Assembly (NCBI GenBank): GCA_018398765.1
Contig: JAHBMJ010000060.1
Coordinates: 1-58,340, forward strand
DNA length: 58,340 nucleotides
Origin: Chromera velia
Taxonomy: Eukaryota
Direction of reading: 5' to 3'
Shown one piece after another: positions 51,096-58,340 of the stretch. How positions within the stretch are numbered: position 1 is the stretch's first letter; each line of letters starts with the position of its first letter. The translations under genes and the position numbers were made by a program. The notes under the pieces were generated by a model. The model did not search any database and was not told the DNA's origin. It worked only from the letters and a program-made list of their open reading frames with translations.

Positions 51096-51584
51096 ATGCG
51101 CACATCCTGGTGGAATCTCCTCTACTTTGCTGTATTTCTTCATGCGCTGGCATTTGTTTCTGTGCAAAGCCGCACGGACAGCGTCCCCACTTCAAGACAC
51201 GACATGTTGAAACCCTCAGCAGTCGGTGCAGCCACCGGATCGCCTCCACGAGGTTTGACTGCAGATGCTGCCGGGGCTCCTTCTTCCAGTTTCATCCAGA
51301 AAGAGGCCACAGCCACGCGAAGAAGCGAAGAGGCAAAGACAGATCCACCAACGGAGAAGGCCAAGGGAACAGAAGAGACGCAGAACACGTCAGAAAAGAA
51401 ACGGATTCTCTCCACAAGCACGTCAACTGTGAAACCGATCCGAATGTCTTCCAACGGCCTTGTGGGAATTCTCATGGGTCTCTTCATGACCTTCATCTTC
51501 GTGTCCGGCCTCTCGTGTCTGGTCGGAATTTCAGTGCCTACAGTCTTCGATGACAAAGTACTCCCAATGAACAAGGAGTACTGA
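51096..51584 (+). CDS. Small type-I membrane protein, probably V-ATPase accessory subunit Ac45/Voa1-like, 162 aa
   Basis: Signal peptide, low-complexity lumenal part, and a C-terminal TM (GLVGILMGLFMTFIFVSGLSCLVGI) followed by SVPTVFDDKVLPMNKEY. This resembles the Ac45/Voa1 TM-tail pattern, but the family call is from memory and not searched. Confidence 0.7.
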   Translation: MRTSWWNLLYFAVFLHALAFVSVQSRTDSVPTSRHDMLKPSAVGAATGSPPRGLTADAAGAPSSSFIQKEATATRRSEEAKTDPPTEKAKGTEETQNTSEKKRILSTSTSTVKPIRMSSNGLVGILMGLFMTFIFVSGLSCLVGISVPTVFDDKVLPMNKEY

Positions 51585-52504
51585 CTGACTTGCTCTATAA
51601 ACTAATTCAATAGAGGACCTTCAGAGACAAGACCTCTGTGTGTAAGTGCGTGAAATGGAATCAAATGAGTCCTTTGTCAGTCGTGTGATTGCAGCATTCC
51701 GATCACTCTCCACTTCCACCTCTTCTGTGTAATTTCAGCCTCCCGTTCCACTCTCTTTCCGCCCTCTCACCATCGCTTCCTTCCTCCCACGATTTGCTTC
51801 AGGCGTCGGTCACCTCCATCCAACCCTGATCCCTTCCCTGGTTTGGTCGATCTATTCTCTCCTGTTTCTGTCTCCTTTCTTTTCTTCTTTTTAGTTTTCG
51901 TGCTTCCTTCCCTCAGTCCCACTCCCCTTCTTTCTTTCTGTCTGTCTTTGTCTCCATCTCTCCGCTTGCCTCGACTCTCTGTCTGTCCCTGGGGAAAAGA
52001 AGGAAGACACAGTCTGTCCGTCCTGGCTGGCTGTCTCTGTTTTGTGGGCGAATCAAAGAAGCATTTCTGTTTCAGTTTACAAACAGGAAAAAAAAAGTCG
52101 CATTGGTTTTCCGTCTGCTTCTGCCTGCCGATGCCGTTGTGCACCTTATCTTTTTTGGGGGGGTGTATCTGTTCTGAAAGCGACAAAGAAACGAAAAAAG
52201 TCCCAGAAAATCTTAATTTTCTGTCTTTTTGTCTGTCCATGTTTTCTGAGAAGCCGTGTTTGTGTCGTTTCTTGTGCCCGCTGTTTCTTTTTTCGTCTGT
52301 TGCGTGCATGAAGAGAAGGAGGGAAAAGAAAGAAACGTATGGTCTGTCTGTGTGTTTGTCCATGTACAGTCTCTCCGCTTGCTCAAATTGTCGAAACATT
52401 TCCGTCGCGCCAGACTCCGAAGAACGTTCAAGTGGATGCGTATTCGCGAAAACGGAGAGGCGTCTTTCTTTCTTTGTCTCTTTCGTTCCTGTCTTCCTGG
52501 CTGA

Positions 52505-53241
52505 CGATATAGTCTGTCTGCCTGCCTGTCTATCTACATGAAAAAACGACAGAGAAGAAAACACACATGGTCTATCTGTCTGCCTGCCTGTCTGTCTACA
52601 TGAAGAAATGAGGGAGAAGAAAAAACATATAGTCTATCTGTCTGCCTGCCTGTCTGTCTACATGAAGAGAATGAGGGAGAAGAAAAAACATAAGTCTATC
52701 TGTCTGCCTGCCTGTCTGTCTACATGAAGAAATGAGGGAGAAGAAAAAACATATAGTCTATCTGTCTGCCTGCTTGCCTGCCTGCAATGCCCTGCATGCC
52801 TGTCAGTCTTCTCTTTTTGTCTCTCATGCATGAAGAGGGGGGAGAAGAAGAAACATATAGTCTATCTGTCTGTCTGCCTTCTTGTCTGCCTGCCTGCCTG
52901 TCTGTCTTTTCTTTTTGTCTCTCGTGTACATGAAGAGAAGGAGGGAGAAGAAGAAACAGAGAGTCTGTGTTCTCTGCCCCTCTCTATGTCCGTGTCTGTA
53001 CTTTGAGAGAAGGGAAGAGAAAGATACAGTCAACCCTGTCTCTCTGTCTGTCTCTACGCCTGGAGGTCTGGCACCCTTTCACTAAGAGAGCGCGCCAAAA
53101 GAAGAAGGACAAAAACAGAAGAGAATGAAGAAATGAAGAGAAAAAGGGAAAGAAAAGACGAGATAGTCTGTCTATCTGTCTGTCTGTAGGAAGACGATAT
53201 AGTCTGTAGAAACATATAGTCTGTCTGTCTGTTTGTCTGTT

Positions 53242-53280
<39 letters not shown>

Positions 53281-53570
53281 AGAAAAGACGATATAGTCTG
53301 CCTGTCTGCTTCTGAAGAAAAGGAGGGAGAAGAAGAAGAAACATATAGTCTGTCTGCTTCTTGCTTTCTCTTTTGTCTGTTGTTTAATGAAGACAAGGAG
53401 GGAAAAGAAGTCATGTAGTGCTTGACACTCACTTTTCGGGCCCCCTGCCAGCGTTGTCTGATTGTTTGTTCGTTTTTTTTTTTTCTTTGTTATTTCTTTC
53501 TTTCTCTTTTGTCTGTTGTGTGCATGAAGAAAAGGAGGGAGAAGAAGCAACATATAGTCTGTCTGTCGAA
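52505..53570. repeat. ~62-bp minisatellite/dispersed repeat (catgaagaaatgagggagaagaaaaaacatatagtctatctgtctgcctgcctgtctgtcta) with degenerate copies
   Basis: Tandem copies at ~52537-52780 and further copies at ~52829, ~52929, ~53312 and ~53523. Confidence 0.9.
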
Positions 53571-53639
53571 AGCAAAACTTGCCTGACGGGGGCCACAGGG
53601 ATGAGTCAATGAAACGAAAGAGGAAGAAATCATATCGTC

Positions 53640-53826
53640 TGTTTCTCTTTTGTTTTTTCTGTCTTTCTTTGCTTGCTTCCTTTCTTTCTTTTTACTTGCT
53701 TGCCTGCTATCTCGAGTTCGTTCTATCTATTTTTTCTTTCTTTCTTGCTTGGGTGGTTGTCTGCTTCCTCTTTCTCTCTCTCTCTCCCTCCCTCTCTCTC
53801 TCCTTCCCTCGCGCGCGCGCGTTTTG

Positions 53827-53858
<32 letters not shown>

Positions 53859-54160
53859 TCCTTTCTTTCTTTCGTTCGTTCGTTCTTTTCTTTCTTTCTG
53901 TCTTTCTTTCTTTCTGTCTGTCTGTCTATCTGTCTTTCTTCCTTTCTTTCTTCCTTTCTGTCTTTCTTCCTTTCTGTCTTTCCTCGTTTCTGTCTTTCTT
54001 CCTTTCTGTCTTTCTTCCTTTCCGTCTTTCTTCCTTTCTTTCTTTCTTTCTTTCTTTTTTCCTTTCTTTCTTTCGCAGTTTCTCTTTTTTTGTGCGCGCT
54101 CTCTCGCTTCTTGCTTTTCATTCTCCTCGCTCCCTTTCGCTATCCGTGTTCCTTTTCTCC
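53640..54160. repeat. (CTTT)n-rich microsatellite tract
   Basis: Directly visible. Confidence 0.93.
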
Positions 54161-56869
54161 TAGCTTTTCTCTTGAGTTTCTCTTGCCAGTCCTCCATTCA
54201 TTACCTCAGTTCGTTTGTCTGTTGAAAGATTAGCTTTTACTTCTTTTGCCTCATCTCTTTCCTCCTCTATCCTTGCCCAAGCTGCCTCTTTCCGTGCCTG
54301 TCTCCGCCAGTAGGCTCCTCCCCCCTGCCCCTAGCCCTGCTACCCTGTCTTTTCTTTTTTTTATTTGATATTATTTGACCACTCACTCATACACTAGCTC
54401 ATACATTTTTTTACTGGCATACCACAAAGACTTACTTGTTCTTGCTAGTGTTCCTGGTAGCTTTCTAGGCAGCTTTCCACTGAAGCTTCCAATAATTTTG
54501 ATGATTGACTTTGCAGATATATTATATATATATTGATTGATTGATTGATTGATTGATATGTTCCACCCTAGGGCCTTCCCGCTATGTCTATCTGTCGCCA
54601 GAGCTAGCAGAAAATATAACAATCATGATAGGATATTATCTAGGATATTATACGATGATGAGTCCCCTATCTCTGCTGACCTTGTCCCTTGGGCACTATC
54701 AGGTAGTCGGTCAGGGGTCTCCTCTCACAAAACTCTAAATAATCATACTAAAAAAAATGAAGGCTCTACTCACTTAGTGAAAGTACACAGAGAACAACTT
54801 TAGTCATGCAGTCAGTCTACTTCAAGTACAGAATTCATACATGATCCTACGATGAAGAAGAAGTGTCAGTGGAACTTTGTTCAAAGACTTAAACTTTCAG
54901 GCTTTGAATCGATCAAATTGCTAGCTAAGCGCGCCGCGATTGATTTTTTCCGATTCGAGACGACCGCGCGTGCATGTCCGCGGCAAGAGGCTGTAACGGT
55001 TTGTCCCCAGAAGGCAGTTCTTTGAGTGATTCGTAATCGTTTCTGCTTTGCGGGGCCAGGCGGGGCTTTGCATGCGTGTATGCACCCCGGCCGGCGCCCC
55101 GGAGCGGCCCTCTCGGCCTTTTGAGCGCAATTCTGCCCCGCGTGGGTCCAATTCCTTTCCAGTCCCCTTCCCTTGGGCCATCGTGCAGCCAGCAACGTTC
55201 CACCTGCTAAGGCCGCGCGCTGCATGTCCGCGACTCTCTTTCTGAGCAGTCTGACACATGAAAGATCCGTCTACATGCATCATTTCTCTTCTTTCTCATC
55301 CCTTGCTTCAAGTTGTTCACTTTTTCTGCTTCTTTCATCACATTCAGACCTCGTTCCTATGCTGTTCTGCTGGAGACGGACGTGGAAAATGATGAAGAGA
55401 CGGCAACCAAAAGGAAAGGGAAGCGACAGAACTGATGACTGTTCGTGAAGTAGACGGTGTCACAAAAGAAGAGGCTGGTCAGTCTTTTCATGCCTCTTTG
55501 CGTCTTCTTTCTTTCCTCTTTCGTTTTTGCTGGCTCGCGCTCTCCACAAAGCTGATCTCGTTGTTCTCGCTGCATGGAATCTCATGTGCTTGCTACGTGC
55601 ATGCTGTTCTGGTCTTTCTGTTTCTGGCTCTCTGTACGTCGCGCTTTGCTGCGTCTGTCTGACTTCTTTGTTCTTGAACATACTGCACTGCCTCTTTTTC
55701 TTTCTTTCATGAGACCGTCACTGCTTTATTGGAAAGAGTTGCAGTTAGGAGAAGAAAGGTATTGATAAGGGAAAAGACAAAAATTCATCTGCTTCTCGCC
55801 TCAACTTCCTTCCCCCACTTTCACATGGTCTCTATTGGATGCAGGAGAAAGAAAGAAGGAGAAAAAATTCAACACATGCATTCAGTGTTGTCTGCTTTTG
55901 CTTGTTTTGCCCCTCCCCTCCTCAATTCTCTCCGTTTGTCCCCGTAGGACCGGGAGAGAGTAAAACGTTCAGGGCATGTTCAGTCCGAAAAAGTGATACA
56001 GGTTGGTCCCTTTTTCCGTTTGCATTTCCTTCACTCTGCACATGACGAGAAATGCTGAGAGTCTCTTGAGACCCTCAGTGTGAAAGAGGGTAAAGGAACA
56101 CAAGAAAAAGGAGGGGCACATCCATTTTCTCTGCTCGTAGCAGAATGTGCTGCAAGTCTTTCAGACCAGACTCACAGTGTTGAAGCACGCGCGAGTTCTT
56201 TCATGCTCAGAGAGATAGAGAACACACTCACTGTCAGACAAGCAGAGCATATAAGTGCATGCATTCAGACAGACAGACAGACAGACAGCCAGATGTCCTC
56301 TATCATGTAGATAGACAGACAGAAAAGCAGATAAGCAGAGACACAAACAGATAGATGGACGAACAAACAGACATGTAGACAGACAGACAGACAGGCAGGT
56401 AGATCGACAGGCAGACAGACAGACAGAGAGACAGATGGTGAGACATATTGATGCAGACACCATACACGCAGAAAGAAGACAGGAAACACAGTAAGTATGC
56501 ATCTAAGGCACCGGGAATGAAATCGGGAGAAAAAGAGGAAATGGAGAATGAAAAAATGAAGTTGGGGATGTTTTCTTTGCATTCGTTCTCTTCAATGAAA
56601 GAAAGCCAGACTTGACTAAAGGGAGAGCGGACAGGAGACGGAGTGGGAGAGAGGAGCCGATCAAGCGCTCATCTGTTCCTCTCACCCAGTAAAAATGGAG
56701 GGGAAGTCTAGTCCGCAATCAAGCAGAGAAAGAGAGGAAAAACAAAGAAGGGGCGACTTGGATGGACGTTTGAAGAAGGTACCTTGGGAAAGAAGCGAGT
56801 CGATCGAATCCTTCCAACGAGATGCTGGAACAGAGAAGGGAGAGAACAAAAATGAAAGGAAGAGATAGA

Positions 56870-57090
56870 AGGTTCATTCATACATTCATTGAAGTAAAGC
56901 CTTTGACATTCCCTACGGAAGTGTCCTTGAAAGAGAACAGAAATGAAAGGAAGAAACAAAAGGTTCATTGATACATTCATTGAAGTAAAGCCTTTGACAT
57001 TCCCTGAGGAAGTGTCCTTGCTTCTTGCAGAGCATAACAATATGAGGTCTTGCAGGATGGAAGACTCTGTCCTCTTCCTCCTTCTGGGCA
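56870..57090 (-). pseudogene. Possible gag-like CCHC zinc-knuckle remnant with a local ~60-bp duplication
   Basis: The - strand reads tgttatgctc-TGC AAG AAG CAA GGA CAC TTC CTC AGG GAA TGT, which gives C-x2-CKKQGHFLREC if one base is removed. 56870-56929 is duplicated at 56961-57020. Confidence 0.35.
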
Positions 57091-58340
57091 CTTACGTGAT
57101 CGAGAAGGAAAGAAGGGGAGTCACATGGAGACACAACAGGCAGAGAAATAACAGGTCAGGACAAAGACAAAGTGTTCATGAATGCCATTTCCCTTCTTCT
57201 TTTAGACTACTCTTTTCTTCGGAAGACAAAACTGAAGAAAAAAGCAAACCTCCAAAACGAACACAGAACAGGCCAAAATGCAAGAAAAAATTCCAGTGGT
57301 GAATCGTCTTTCCTCCAGCTTTCCTTCTTTTGAATCCAGTCCCGACGAAACTTGTTAGAGCTGCCGCTGGAGAGTCTCGCGTAATTGGTGGGGGGACACC
57401 AAGCGCTTTGGCATGGACTCCTTCAGGGGTTTTCTTTTGATCGTAGCACTAATTGTCGGCAGCAGTCAAGATCGGAGTCTAGGAAGGAAAACATAGAGAA
57501 AAGCACAATTCTTGCTCGACCTGAGGGTCGACCACCAAAATCATTCATGCATTCGTCCTGTCTGTGTCCGCAGAAGAGGAGAAGAGGGAGAGAAGACCGG
57601 AGAAGACACGCTAGTCTCTGGCCGGCTGTGAGAGACGGGTGAGTTCACCTGTATGACAGTCTCGCGCTTTCTTGGTCACACTTTAGTCTGTCATTGCCGA
57701 AACGAAACCACATGTCCAGTCTTGTGGCTCTTTTTCCTTTTTCATGTGCACGTATGCATGCAAGCATGTTCATTCATTGGGAAAAGAGAAGAAAGTGGGT
57801 AGAAGGATAGAAAGAGAAATGATCTATCATTCATTCAGTCAGAGAGGAGAAGAGAGGTCAGATTCAGTCTGCCAGACAAAGGGTGAGGCGTCCCCCTCCC
57901 TACTTGCCGATGACTCTCGGTTTTGGTTGTAGCAGATGTCTGTAATCCTTCTTCTTTTGTTCGGAGTGAGAGCATAGCGCTACGGCGCGTCGCCCTTCCT
58001 TCACTTTATGATTCTCTGAAGTCCCTGTCTCATGGACTCACCGAGAAATTCCATGTCATTCTGTTCGCGTGAAGGGAAAAACACAGCTAGTGAGAAGGGG
58101 CCCCTCCTTCACTTTGTCAATGTGTTTTCTGGGGAATCACCCCTCCTTCACTTTATGCATTCCGATGCAATGCCATGATCTTTTTCGATCTCTTTTTTTT
58201 TTTTTCGAGCGCCCCTCCTTCACTTTACGAATAATGTGGGACACAAGTGGAGTGTGGGTGGAGGTCGCATAGACAGTGTTACACACGGTGAGAGAAAGAA
58301 AAAATGAGAGAACTGAAACGAGCAAATGCATTCAAAGAAA

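Noticed and set aside
57993..58227. Repeat-spacer pattern as CRISPR
   Set aside because: Repeats are too short, spacing is irregular and there is no cas context
1..58340. tRNA, rRNA or snRNA genes
   Set aside because: None recognised by eye. A covariance-model scan (tRNAscan-SE, Infernal/Rfam) is needed to exclude them.

Overview
Eukaryotic, intron-rich nuclear DNA with microsatellite-filled introns. ApiAP2-type domains, a plastid protein with a bipartite targeting peptide and TGCATGCA-type motifs point to a chromerid/apicomplexan-lineage alveolate. Chromera velia-like is an inference, not a database result. Eight protein genes could be reconstructed by hand with GT-AG, phase-consistent exons, and all eight sit in four head-to-head pairs: (1) an ABHD17-like hydrolase and plastid rpl33; (2) two inverted-duplicate secreted Receptor-L-domain genes with near-identical ends and diverged middles; (3) mitochondrial 2Fe-2S ferredoxin and an intronless multi-TM+LRR protein; (4) a ~2400-aa protein joining a degenerate SET domain, two ApiAP2-like domains and two AT-hooks, and an Ac45/Voa1-like small membrane protein. 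Mobile DNA includes a complete-ended non-autonomous LTR element (7546-12647, ACCA TSD) with a MITE in its 3' LTR, a decayed APE-RT LINE (~22.0-29.7 kb) and zinc-finger retroelement fragments. The main candidates for novelty are the SET-AP2-AP2-AT-hook fusion, the palindromic constant-variable-constant L-domain gene pair, CpA/CpG transition-dominated (RIP-like) LTR divergence, and repeated 'ghost' duplications of splice acceptors. All alignments and counts were done by eye.
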